From Ignicoccus pacificus DSM 13166 (GTDB lineage Archaea; Thermoproteota; Thermoprotei_A; Sulfolobales; Ignicoccaceae), in the NCBI GenBank assembly GCA_025340205.1, contig CP006868.1, positions 1,560,001 through 1,592,000 on the forward strand: 32,000 nt of DNA. Direction: 5' to 3'. Shown piece by piece: positions 17,600-25,948 of the stretch (positions are counted from its first letter, which is position 1; each line of letters opens with the position of its first letter). The notes under the pieces were generated by a model. That model worked only from the letters and a program-made list of their open reading frames with translations, ran no database searches and was not told where the DNA came from. A program made the position numbers and the translations under genes.

Positions 17600-18346
17600 A
17601 TGCCACTACCCTCCAAGAAGCCTGAAAAGATTTCATTAACTATCTTGTTAAAGCCCGAGCTCTCGGAACATCACATCAGTGCAGAGTATGGTCAGACGCC
17701 CTCAGATCTAAGAACTACTTTAGCTAACAAGCTCGGAGTCTCTCCAAACAGGATAAGGTTGTTCGTCAAGAGGCCCGATGGTTCGGAGTACGACATAACT
17801 CACACTTCCGAGAGCGTCGGATCCCTAGTACAGAAATATGGTTCAATTTGGTATGCAACCATAGAGGAGCCCTACGGCTCCTCCCTTCTTTTAGAGGCAA
17901 TAAGTACCTTTAGGGAACATTACCTTAGCTCCGAATACTTAAAGAAACACTTCCATCCATTGGCTGAAGATCCCGGTCTTGGAATTCATGCAAGGCTCTT
18001 ATGCAAAAAGCCTCAGTACTGCGCTAACAACAGACCCTACGACGTGTTCATCCTCCCGAGCGTGGGATATCCTAACACTGAGCCTCTAATATTCGTAAGT
18101 CCTAAGGTATGGCATAAGTGCTGTTTCTACACGCTCAATGAAGAGTACTTCAGAACTAAGGCTTTGGAATTCCCAGAACTAGCTCCTTCCTTGGAAAAAG
18201 TAGCTGAAATGGTTAGCATGTCCGTTAACGCATGTGTTATGCATCTAGAGTCTTGGGATTATATCAGGCAAAGCGAGAACCCTCTGGAGGTAGTGGCCCT
18301 TGCGCTATGCACGGACGTTGGACTCTGCCACAGTACCGGTGCATAG
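17600..18346 (+). CDS. Ubiquitin-like domain fused to an E2/UEV-like (UBC fold) domain
   Basis: N-terminus ISLTILLKPELSEHHISAEYGQTPSDLRTTLANKLGVSPNRIRLFVKRPDGSEYDITHTSESVGSLVQKYGSIWYATIEEP has beta-grasp/ubiquitin-like periodicity. Downstream NRPYDVFILPSVGYPNTEPLIFVSPKVWHKCCFYTLNEEYF...LEKVAEMVSMSVN resembles the E2 core strand/YPxxxP/Cys/helix order. Confidence 0.6.
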   Translation: MPLPSKKPEKISLTILLKPELSEHHISAEYGQTPSDLRTTLANKLGVSPNRIRLFVKRPDGSEYDITHTSESVGSLVQKYGSIWYATIEEPYGSSLLLEAISTFREHYLSSEYLKKHFHPLAEDPGLGIHARLLCKKPQYCANNRPYDVFILPSVGYPNTEPLIFVSPKVWHKCCFYTLNEEYFRTKALEFPELAPSLEKVAEMVSMSVNACVMHLESWDYIRQSENPLEVVALALCTDVGLCHSTGA

Positions 18347-18686
18347 AGCACTGATCAACGCTGAGATCTTCGTTGACGTTCTCAGAAAAGGGGTGCAGAA
18401 CAAGTGCTACAAGATCTCAAAGGATGCGTCCGAAGACGTAATAAGCTTCATAGGGAAGATGGATGACGAATTGCTCCTCCTAGAAAGAGCGAGAGATGTT
18501 AGTGCTTTAGAGAAAGGACCCACTAGCGTAAAGACTGCTGACTTGAAGCCCGAGGACTTGGTCCTCGTGCACTACCACTGCGGAATCTCCCCCGAGCCGT
18601 CAGCTATAGACATAGATACGATGAGTTTGGCTCTAAGGGTTCAACTGCTAGCAACCATACCCGGAAGGCCCGCGTGTTCGGAATAG
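18339..18686 (+). CDS. JAMM/MPN-domain (JAB) metalloprotease-like protein, N-terminal and catalytic-motif part
   Basis: Preferred GTG start at 18339 overlaps the upstream TAG (the track ORF starts at TTG 18300). ASEDVISFIGK supplies the upstream Glu, and HYHCGISPEPSAID fits HxHx7SxxD exactly (18570-18611). Confidence 0.73.
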   Translation: MHRALINAEIFVDVLRKGVQNKCYKISKDASEDVISFIGKMDDELLLLERARDVSALEKGPTSVKTADLKPEDLVLVHYHCGISPEPSAIDIDTMSLALRVQLLATIPGRPACSE

Positions 18687-19096
18687 CCTCTCCTACCCAG
18701 AGCGGGAGATCCTTCTGTATCGACTTAGCCCTTTACGAACCCGTTCCTATGATGAGCATAGGCTATGAGGACATAAAGGTGAACGTGAAGGATTATTCGT
18801 TTATCAGAATAAAGAAGAAGGCTTTCATAAGCTACGAGATAGATGAAGGCGAACTGGCGATATATGGCGAACCTTGCTCTACGCCCGAAGAAGGATGTAT
18901 ACCTTACAGAGTGGGCTCCACGTCCAAGATAACATTGGAGGACTTCATATTCATTGGTTCCTACCACCTCAACACTAAACTCTCGGAATTTCCTTATGTA
19001 AAGATAACGGGTGACAAGGTTAGAGGTTATGCTATCAAGGTCTTTAACCTCGACGTGAAGAAGGCCGTGATAAGGGGCGTACCTTGGAGAGTGTAG
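18674..19096 (+). CDS. Probable continuation/C-terminal region of the JAMM protein, or a translationally coupled partner
   Basis: GTG start within the end of the preceding ORF (13 nt overlap, -1 relative frame). VFGIASPTQSGRSFCIDLAL looks like the last strands of a JAB domain, followed by a beta-rich region. Confidence 0.55.
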   Translation: MFGIASPTQSGRSFCIDLALYEPVPMMSIGYEDIKVNVKDYSFIRIKKKAFISYEIDEGELAIYGEPCSTPEEGCIPYRVGSTSKITLEDFIFIGSYHLNTKLSEFPYVKITGDKVRGYAIKVFNLDVKKAVIRGVPWRV

Positions 19097-19872
19097 CAAG
19101 GGGGTTTCAAGAGAGAACGAGCAAGTACATGAGTGACATGGGATACGATGTAAGCGATAAGAGCGTTCTAATAGGAGGAGTTGGCACTCTAGGCTCAAGG
19201 ATTCTCAGGAACCTTTCACGCTTCAATTTCAAGAAGATCTACGTGATAGACTTTGATGTGGTGGGTCCAGAGAACGTAGGTTATCAATGCTACCACAGCG
19301 AAGAAGTCGGTCTGAAGAAGGTTGAGTGCATAAGCAAGAGGTTTCAAAAGTTCCACCCATGGACGAACATAGAAGGTCTGTACCTAGAAGTTCCTACTCC
19401 TTCGGGACTCTGGAGCGAGGAGAGTTTCGAGAAGATTCGTTCCTTAGTAAAGAGCGTTGATATAGTGGTTACATCCTTCGACGTCCTCCCTCCTCGAGCG
19501 ACTCTCCTAGTGTTGGCTGTGAAATATAATAAATTCTTTATCGATACTGGACTTGGACCTACAAGAGGATATGTAAAGGTACTCCAAGAAGGTTATTGTC
19601 CTATATGTGGAAAGATCTGGGATGAGAGAGTAGCTTACTACACGAATCCCAACTTAGCAGAGCTGGTCGCCTCGCTAGCGTCCCAAGCGGTAATTCACCT
19701 ACTTAACGGCGTAGATTGGCCCAGCGAAGTCAGCATATACTTAGAAAATCCATGGAGACCTCTCATGGTTAGTAAGGTTAAGAACGATGGATGCAGGTTG
19801 TGTTCAGAAGAGGTTAAGGAGCTAGAGACTTCTGAAGAATTTTTGAGGTATATAATAAAAAACGCCTATTGA
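19084..19872 (+). CDS. ThiF/MoeB/E1-like ubiquitin-activating (adenylating) enzyme
   Basis: KSVLIGGVGTLGSRILRNLSRFNFKKIYVIDFDVVGPENVGYQCYHSEEVGLKKVE (Rossmann ATP site, D-F-D, N-x-x-x-Q, K), zinc-type pairs CPIC and CRLC. Confidence 0.88.
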   Translation: MESVARGFQERTSKYMSDMGYDVSDKSVLIGGVGTLGSRILRNLSRFNFKKIYVIDFDVVGPENVGYQCYHSEEVGLKKVECISKRFQKFHPWTNIEGLYLEVPTPSGLWSEESFEKIRSLVKSVDIVVTSFDVLPPRATLLVLAVKYNKFFIDTGLGPTRGYVKVLQEGYCPICGKIWDERVAYYTNPNLAELVASLASQAVIHLLNGVDWPSEVSIYLENPWRPLMVSKVKNDGCRLCSEEVKELETSEEFLRYIIKNAY

Positions 19873-19874
19873 TC

Positions 19875-21179
19875 TTACTTAGGCACTATCTTCTCGTATA
19901 GCTTCAGTCCAGTGCTGGGGCTCCAGAAGCCCACGTCCACGAAGGTAGGCTTGCCGTTGACTATCTTGACGGTCCATATGCTATAGCTGGTGGTTAGGGG
20001 CTCCTGATAGATGGCGTTCATGCTCTTCTGTCCGCTGAAGCCCTTGTAGATGTAGCTCATTTCAATTATAGCATGCTCCATTAGGTTGGGGTTGAAGCTA
20101 GCAGCCCTCAGAGCTCCTAGGGTCACTAGCCAGACGGCGTCGTATAGGGTGTCGCTGAACTCAACGGGAGCCTTTCCGTACACGCTCTCATAGTACTTGA
20201 TGAAGTTACCGGCGGTGTAGGGGGCGGTTCCTAGGACGTGCTTGATGGCTAGTATCTTGGCGACCACGGGATCAGCTAGCAGAGCAGGTCCCTTGACGGC
20301 CTCAGTGAAGAACCATGGATACTTCTGTAGTCCTAGAGTTAGAGCTTGTCTTAGTATGACCTTGATCTCGTCGAAGGCTAGCCAGACTATGGCTTGTGGG
20401 TTGTAGTTGTAGATGCTCCTTAGCTCAGCTAGGTAGCTCCTGGCGTTGGGATCGTAGGGTATCAGGTAGGCCTTACCTCCTAGGTTCTCGAAGGCTTGCT
20501 TAAAGGCTAGGGCGAATCCTCTTCCATAGTCGTCATTCCTGTAGAAGAATACCACCTTCTTGTAGCCGAAGCTGTGAACGACGCTGGCTAGGGCCTTTCC
20601 TTGGAATAGGTCGCTGCTGACGCTGAAGAAGACGTAGCTGTAACCCATCTTCTTGATAGCGGCCTCGTTGTTGAACCTCACTAGAGGAGAGGTGCTGGAG
20701 TGGCTCATTAGTATGACCTTCAGCTCGGTGTTGATAACGTCTTGCAGAGTACCGACAGCAGCACTGGTAGCGGGTCCGACTATCATGTGGACGTGGTCTA
20801 TGTTGACTAGCTTCCTAGCCTTCTCTAGAGCTATCTGAGGCATGGTCTGAGTGTCCTCGACTATTAGGGTGACGTGGAAGGGTAGACCTAGCTCCTTGAA
20901 GCACGTATTTATGTCCCTAACAGCTAGCTTGGCTGCGTACTGCTCGTCGGCGAAGGAAGCCAGAGCGCCGCTCAGAGGAATCAGAGCACCTATCTTGATG
21001 TTGGTAGTTCCTAGACCCTCCTTTACCTTCTCTAGACCTCCAGCTCTGTTGATAGCTATCTTGAGGTACTCACACTTAGGACCGCCGTACTTCTCTTGAG
21101 GAGCCGCATGGACCAAGACGGTGCCGAACACTAGGGCGGTTAGCAGGAGGGCGAAGATAACCTTCTTCACCACATTCAC
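19875..21179 (-). CDS. ABC transporter substrate-binding protein, branched-chain amino acid/amide (LivJ) type
   Basis: Signal peptide MNVVKKVIFALLLTALVFGTVLVHA, then IKIGALIPLSGALASFADEQYAAKLAVRDIN, VGPATSAAVGTLQDV, FFYRNDDYGRGFALAF. Confidence 0.88.
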   Translation of the reverse strand: MNVVKKVIFALLLTALVFGTVLVHAAPQEKYGGPKCEYLKIAINRAGGLEKVKEGLGTTNIKIGALIPLSGALASFADEQYAAKLAVRDINTCFKELGLPFHVTLIVEDTQTMPQIALEKARKLVNIDHVHMIVGPATSAAVGTLQDVINTELKVILMSHSSTSPLVRFNNEAAIKKMGYSYVFFSVSSDLFQGKALASVVHSFGYKKVVFFYRNDDYGRGFALAFKQAFENLGGKAYLIPYDPNARSYLAELRSIYNYNPQAIVWLAFDEIKVILRQALTLGLQKYPWFFTEAVKGPALLADPVVAKILAIKHVLGTAPYTAGNFIKYYESVYGKAPVEFSDTLYDAVWLVTLGALRAASFNPNLMEHAIIEMSYIYKGFSGQKSMNAIYQEPLTTSYSIWTVKIVNGKPTFVDVGFWSPSTGLKLYEKIVPK

Positions 21180-21200
21180 CGAATGTGGTACGAGTGACCC

Positions 21201-21211
21201 ACTTTATAAAA
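21201..21211 (-). promoter_or_regulatory. TATA-like element for the downstream minus-strand binding-protein gene
   Basis: Minus strand reads CTTTTATAAAG about 22-32 nt upstream of the start codon at 21179. Confidence 0.45.
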
Positions 21212-21256
21212 GTTAGTTTTTAAGTTGGGGCATTACTTGATTAGGTAAAAATTAGG

Positions 21257-22558
21257 TTACCTTGGATGTATTGGCATGTATAGCTCGATTCCAGTATCAG
21301 GATCCCAGAAGCCGACCTTGACTACGGTAGGCTTGCCGTTGACTATCTTTATAGTCCAGTAGTGATAGCTAGTCTTCATCGGCTCTTGGGTCAGCGGGTT
21401 GAACTTCTTTGGTCCGGTGTAGCCCTTGAAGTAAGCTCCTACCTCGAGCAGCGCTTGCCTAATGGCATCGGCTTGATACTTTCCGGCCTTTAGAACGCTG
21501 AGGGCGGATAGCCATAGAGTGTCATAGATGTAGTCAGCATAGAGCATTGGAGGTATTCCGAACTTCTTCTCGTAGAGCTTAGCGAAGGCCTCGCTTCCTC
21601 CGGGTCCGGTTCCAATACCCTGCTTGAGGGCCACTATCTTGGCTAGGTAGGGGTCATTGAGGAGCACTCCTCTACAAGTCTCACTGAACAGCCATGGATA
21701 CTTCTGTAGTCCTAGAGTTAGAGCTTGTCTTAGTATGACCTTCAGCTCGTCGAAGGATATGAAGAGTATGGCGTCGGGCTTGCTAGCCGCGACCACTCTC
21801 AGCTCGGCGTCGAAGGTCCTGGCGTTAGGGTCATATGGGACTAGGACGACCTTGCCTCCATGCTTGGCGAAGTAGTACTTGAAGGCGGTAGCTAGACCTA
21901 CTCCGTAGTCGTCTTGCCTATACATTATGGTTACCTTCTTGTAACCAAGCTTGGCAGCTAGGTCAGCTAGGGCGTTTCCTTGAAGGAAGTCGTTAGTGAT
22001 AGCCCAGAATATGTAGGACTTTCCGGTCTTAGCGATATACTCCTTGTAGTTCTCAACTCTTAGATTGGGTGCAGTACTGGTAGCAGACATCACCACGACG
22101 TGAAGCTCCTCGTTGACGGGGTACATCAAGGAGCCCATGGGCCTGCTGGTGATCCTTCCAGCGATTATCTGAACTCCTTGGAGAGCTAGCTTTCTAACGA
22201 CCTCGACGGCGGTCTGAGGATCGGTCCTAGTGTCCTCGGGCAGGAACTTGAACCTCCAAGGCAGTCCAAGCTTTTCCATACAACCGTTGATCTCATCGGA
22301 GGCCAGCTTTATGGCGTTGTAGTTGGAGACGGCGAAGGATCCTAGAGCTCCGCTCAGGGGGGCGGGAGCTCCTATTAGGATAGTTTTAGGAAGGTGTATG
22401 TTGTTGACGCCGCCGGCCCACTCTACTACCTTCATAATACTCTCACAGTTAGGTCCCAGCTGGTAAGGCTGGGTTAGCAGGGAGAGCTCTTGCTTGCTCA
22501 AGCCAGCAGCGAAGAGCATCACTCCGAGAGCTAGAAATACTACCAGCGCCTTCTTCAC
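21257..22558 (-). CDS. ABC transporter substrate-binding protein, LivJ type; paralogue of the adjacent gene
   Basis: Signal peptide MKKALVVFLALGVMLFAAGLS, IGAPAPLSGALGSFAVSNYNAIKLASDEINGC, YRQDDYGVGLATAF. Shares KVILRQALTLGLQKYPW with its neighbour. Confidence 0.88.
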   Translation of the reverse strand: MKKALVVFLALGVMLFAAGLSKQELSLLTQPYQLGPNCESIMKVVEWAGGVNNIHLPKTILIGAPAPLSGALGSFAVSNYNAIKLASDEINGCMEKLGLPWRFKFLPEDTRTDPQTAVEVVRKLALQGVQIIAGRITSRPMGSLMYPVNEELHVVVMSATSTAPNLRVENYKEYIAKTGKSYIFWAITNDFLQGNALADLAAKLGYKKVTIMYRQDDYGVGLATAFKYYFAKHGGKVVLVPYDPNARTFDAELRVVAASKPDAILFISFDELKVILRQALTLGLQKYPWLFSETCRGVLLNDPYLAKIVALKQGIGTGPGGSEAFAKLYEKKFGIPPMLYADYIYDTLWLSALSVLKAGKYQADAIRQALLEVGAYFKGYTGPKKFNPLTQEPMKTSYHYWTIKIVNGKPTVVKVGFWDPDTGIELYMPIHPR

Positions 22559-22729
22559 GTCAGACTCACCTCAACAGCCTTTGCCCACCTAATCAAATAT
22601 ATATCTTCATGAAAGATACCAGTACACGTTCCATCACTTCATTATACCTAACTTCCCGTATATACTTCTCAATAAAGAAGACTATACACCAAACTTATTA
22701 AGGCACTGATGAGACGTAGCGATGGAAGG

Positions 22730-22801
22730 GCCGCCGTAGCTCAGCGGGAGAGCGCCCGGCTGAAGACCGGGTTGTCCGGGGTTCGAATCCCCGCGGCGGC
22801 A
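22730..22801 (+). tRNA. tRNA-Phe (GAA)
   Basis: Acceptor GCCGCCG/CGGCGGC, D arm GCTC..GAGC, anticodon stem CCCGG-CTGAAGA-CCGGG, T arm CGGGG-TTCGAAT-CCCCG, discriminator A at 22801. No intron and no encoded CCA. Confidence 0.97.
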
Positions 22802-22921
22802 CTATCCTCCGACTCAGCAATTCACTTCCTCACTCAAAAGCTCCTCTCTTCATGACAAATCCGAACAAACCAAGTCCTTTTAACCTCACTCACAGACCCC
22901 TACTCCACGGTGAGGGAAGCT

Positions 22922-23245
22922 ATGGAGTACATCTACGCTAGTTTGCTACTCCACTCTGCCAACAAGGAGATAACCGAGGAGAACTTGAAGAAGGTGCTCG
23001 AGGCCGCTGGAATCCAAGTCGACGACGTGAGGCTAAAGGCTCTGGTGGCGGCCCTCAAGGAGGTCAACATAGACGAGGCTATCAAGAGCGCCGCCTTCCC
23101 CGTAGCAGCGCCCGCTGCCGCTCCGGCTGCTGCCCCGGCTGCTGGAGCCGAGGAGAAGAAGGAAGAGGAAGAGGAGGAAGAGGAGAAGAAGGAGGCTGTC
23201 AGCGAGGAGGAGCTATCCGCTGGTCTCGGCGCCCTCTTCGGCTAA
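22922..23245 (+). CDS. rpl12: Ribosomal protein P1/L12 (archaeal stalk protein)
   Basis: [54 protein letters not shown]..., Ala/Pro hinge, acidic-Lys tail ending [10 protein letters not shown]. Confidence 0.95.
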   Translation: MEYIYASLLLHSANKEITEENLKKVLEAAGIQVDDVRLKALVAALKEVNIDEAIKSAAFPVAAPAAAPAAAPAAGAEEKKEEEEEEEEKKEAVSEEELSAGLGALFG

Positions 23246-24283
23246 CGACTCAACACTCCGTTTTATTAGATATTCCAACAACTCTTTGAGGCCCTTTCCG
23301 GTCTTTACCGATATCTCGAAGACAGGGAGACCTAGTTCCTCGGCTTTTTCCTTAGCAAGCTTAACTTTACCCTCCTCGGCTACGTCCATCTTATTCAAGG
23401 CTATCACTATCTTATCCTTCGGAACGACCTTCAGCACGTTGTCCAACACCTCAGTTTGATCTTCTATTCCGTAGCTCTCGGGACTTACGTCGTAGAGGAA
23501 GAGGAGGACGGAGGGAAGGTACCTGATAGCAGCTGCCGCTTTCCTCTCTATTTCGTTAAGCTTATCCCAAGGTCTATCCAATATTCCCGGAGTGTCGACC
23601 ACTTGAACCTTGAAGTCACCAATATCTATGTGGCCTACGTGAACTTCCCTCGTCGTGAAGGGATATGAAGCCACTTCCACGTCAGCCGTCGAGACCTTCT
23701 TGACGAAGCTCGATTTGCCTGAGGAGGGCATTCCGGCGACCACTATCCTAGGCTGGGTAAAGTCTATGGAGGGCAACGACGCTACTGCATACTTGAAATC
23801 CCTAATCGTTTGAAGGGCTCCTCTTGACCTCCTAACCATGCTTAGCGCTCTACCCACGGCTTCCCTTCTTATCCTAGCAGCGTCTTCCAAGCTCACCGCC
23901 GCTCTCAGTAAGGCTCTGTAGTCTTCCCACATCTCCCTCATTTTCTCTCTAAGTCTAATGAGTCCTAACACGGATGCCCAGTACTTCTGGTAGGGCACGG
24001 TCAAGGAAGCCAACTCCAGATAGAACGGATGGAGTCTCTCAGGCTTCGGCATCTCATCCAAGAACTTGAGCTTATCCAATATTATCTGGTAGACTAAGTT
24101 TAGCCTCTCTAGCTCTAAGTTCAGCTTATCTCTAGGTCTGTTACCTTTGGGCTTCAGCTTGGGATATCTTTTCAACACCTTGTTAACTATCTCGTCGGCC
24201 GTGGGTACGTGAACGTGACGGAAGTAGTTCGGTGGGTCCTTTATCACGCCTCCTTTCATGGCTTTAACCCCCTGACCCTTCAT
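23213..24283 (-). CDS. NOG1-like GTP-binding protein
   Basis: G1 [16 protein letters not shown]3 [29 protein letters not shown]4 NKMD. NOG1-type N-terminal helical region. Confidence 0.9.
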   Translation of the reverse strand: MKGQGVKAMKGGVIKDPPNYFRHVHVPTADEIVNKVLKRYPKLKPKGNRPRDKLNLELERLNLVYQIILDKLKFLDEMPKPERLHPFYLELASLTVPYQKYWASVLGLIRLREKMREMWEDYRALLRAAVSLEDAARIRREAVGRALSMVRRSRGALQTIRDFKYAVASLPSIDFTQPRIVVAGMPSSGKSSFVKKVSTADVEVASYPFTTREVHVGHIDIGDFKVQVVDTPGILDRPWDKLNEIERKAAAAIRYLPSVLLFLYDVSPESYGIEDQTEVLDNVLKVVPKDKIVIALNKMDVAEEGKVKLAKEKAEELGLPVFEISVKTGKGLKELLEYLIKRSVESLAEEGAETSG

Positions 24284-24317
24284 AACGCTCGGTTTTACGT
24301 TAGGTGCGGGGATATGA

Positions 24318-25064
24318 TTGGGAAAGGTTTACCTAGTCGGCGCTGGCCCTGGAGATTCGTGGTTAACACCTTCCTGTGTCCCTGGCATACTCAAGGTAGC
24401 AGATGTGGTACTCTATGACAAGCTCATCGATGAGTCGTTACTGAAAAACGCTAGCGAGGCCGAGTTAATTTACGTCGGTAAGGCTCCTAATAAACATGCA
24501 ATGAGACAAGAGGAGATAAACAAGTTACTAGTTGAGCTTGCAAAGAAACATAACATAGTGGTAAGGTTGAAGGGTGGAGATCCATTCGTGTTAGGACGAG
24601 GAGATGAAGAGTGTGATTATCTGTTGGAGCACGGAATAGAATGTAGGGTCATCCCAGCCCCCACCTCTGCTACAGCCGTACCGGCCTGTGCTGGAATACC
24701 CGTGACCAGGAGGAACTTGGCTAACACGTTTGCCGTTGCTACCGGCAGAGCTGCTGAAGGAAGTAAAGTCCCAAAGTACGGTGAAATGTTGAACGTCGTA
24801 GACACACTAGTTGTTCTCATGGGAGTTGGGAAGGTAAAGGAGATAACCGAAGACATACTTACAAAGCACGGAGACGTACCCGCAGCTGCTATTCAAGAGG
24901 GTTGCACAAAAAGGCAGAAGGTCGTCTTATCCATGGCATCAAACCTAGCAGAAGTTATGGAGAGGAACGGCTTAGAGCCTCCAGCGATACTGGTCTTCGG
25001 TAAGGTGGTCAAATGGGCGTGGAAGAGGGGACTGGTAAGGGACGTTGTGGAGGCAAGGTTCTGA
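24318..25064 (+). CDS. cobA: Uroporphyrinogen-III C-methyltransferase
   Basis: GKVYLVGAGPGDSWLTPSCVPGILKVADVVLYDKLID, RLKGGDPFVLGRGDEE, PAPTSATAVPACAGIPVTRRNLANTFAVATG. Confidence 0.94.
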   Translation: MGKVYLVGAGPGDSWLTPSCVPGILKVADVVLYDKLIDESLLKNASEAELIYVGKAPNKHAMRQEEINKLLVELAKKHNIVVRLKGGDPFVLGRGDEECDYLLEHGIECRVIPAPTSATAVPACAGIPVTRRNLANTFAVATGRAAEGSKVPKYGEMLNVVDTLVVLMGVGKVKEITEDILTKHGDVPAAAIQEGCTKRQKVVLSMASNLAEVMERNGLEPPAILVFGKVVKWAWKRGLVRDVVEARF

Positions 25065-25753
25065 CCCTTAGACCTTCATCTCCTCCGGATCTCTCTCCTT
25101 TCGAAGTACTTAACGTTCCAGCCCTATCCTTGATCCCGGTAGCTAAAGCCGAGGAGATCGAAAAAGCACTTAAAGAAGCTGATGTCGTCGTATTTACCTC
25201 GAGAACGGGCGTAAAGATAATCGCTAAATGTTGCCCGGAGATTTTCGAAAAAATAAAGGAATTGGAGGTATACGCCATAGGCCCCTCTACGGCTGAGGAG
25301 CTTAAGAAATACGGAATCGATTCCAAGGTACCTAATGTCTTCACATCAGAAGGTTTGGCTTCATTACTATCAGATAAAAAGAAGATAGTGGCAATAAGGT
25401 CAGACAAGGCTTCGAAGACGTTAAGGGAGGCATTAGGGGATAAACTAATCGAAGTAATTGCCTATAGAACGGTTAGAAATTACATACCCGAAGCAATTCA
25501 ACTTATAGAAAAAGGCGAGGTTGAAGCCGTCGTTATCTCGAGTGCCGAGATAGCTAGGGCTCTTATCGAATCTGCAAAGAAGATGGGATACGATCCCAAA
25601 GATCTACTCAAAAAGACGAAGGTTGTAGTAATAGGGCCTGAGGCAGCTAAACCCTTAATGGAAGAGAACATAGAATACTACATGGCGTCAGAGGCTTCCT
25701 TCGAAGGCGTAAGGCGTAAGCTCCTCGAATTACTCTGTATAGGGTCTGAATAA
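25013..25753 (+). CDS. hemD: Uroporphyrinogen-III synthase
   Basis: TLRPSSPPDLSPF, DVVVFTSRTGVK, YAIGPSTAEELKKYG, IAYRTV, VVISSAEIARALIESA; overlapping downstream of cobA. The true start may be a little downstream of 25013. Confidence 0.85.
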   Translation: MGVEEGTGKGRCGGKVLTLRPSSPPDLSPFEVLNVPALSLIPVAKAEEIEKALKEADVVVFTSRTGVKIIAKCCPEIFEKIKELEVYAIGPSTAEELKKYGIDSKVPNVFTSEGLASLLSDKKKIVAIRSDKASKTLREALGDKLIEVIAYRTVRNYIPEAIQLIEKGEVEAVVISSAEIARALIESAKKMGYDPKDLLKKTKVVVIGPEAAKPLMEENIEYYMASEASFEGVRRKLLELLCIGSE

Positions 25754-25786
25754 TCTACGGAGGAATATTTTCTTATGGGGGTTGAG

Positions 25787-25948
25787 ATGAAGGTCATAGC
25801 ATACGAGGGCCTCCCCTTCGAGTGCGAAGGGGTGGAGGACGCCGAGGCTGTGGCTGCCCTATTAGGTGAGGTCGGAGAGATGTTAAGGAAGCTCGGATTA
25901 AGGAAAGTCGTTGTAGGAGAAGACGGTGTAGTGATTGGAGAGGGTTAA
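25787..25948 (+). CDS. Small 53-aa hypothetical protein (below the ORF-track length cutoff)
   Basis: Reads MKVIAYEGLPFECEGVEDAEAVAALLGEVGEMLRKLGLRKVVVGEDGVVIGEG*. Stop overlaps the next gene start by 14 nt, consistent with coupling. Confidence 0.5.
   Translation: MKVIAYEGLPFECEGVEDAEAVAALLGEVGEMLRKLGLRKVVVGEDGVVIGEG

Noticed and set aside
8165-19872. Functional link between CDC48 ATPase and the ubiquitin-like cassette
   Set aside because: CDC48/VAT is universal in these archaea and lies ~7 kb away on the opposite strand; proximity alone is not evidence, although the biological connection would be attractive.
3748-22801. Co-location of Taw1 and its substrate tRNA-Phe(GAA) in the same window
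   Set aside because: They are ~18 kb apart with many unrelated genes between; the linkage is most likely coincidental.
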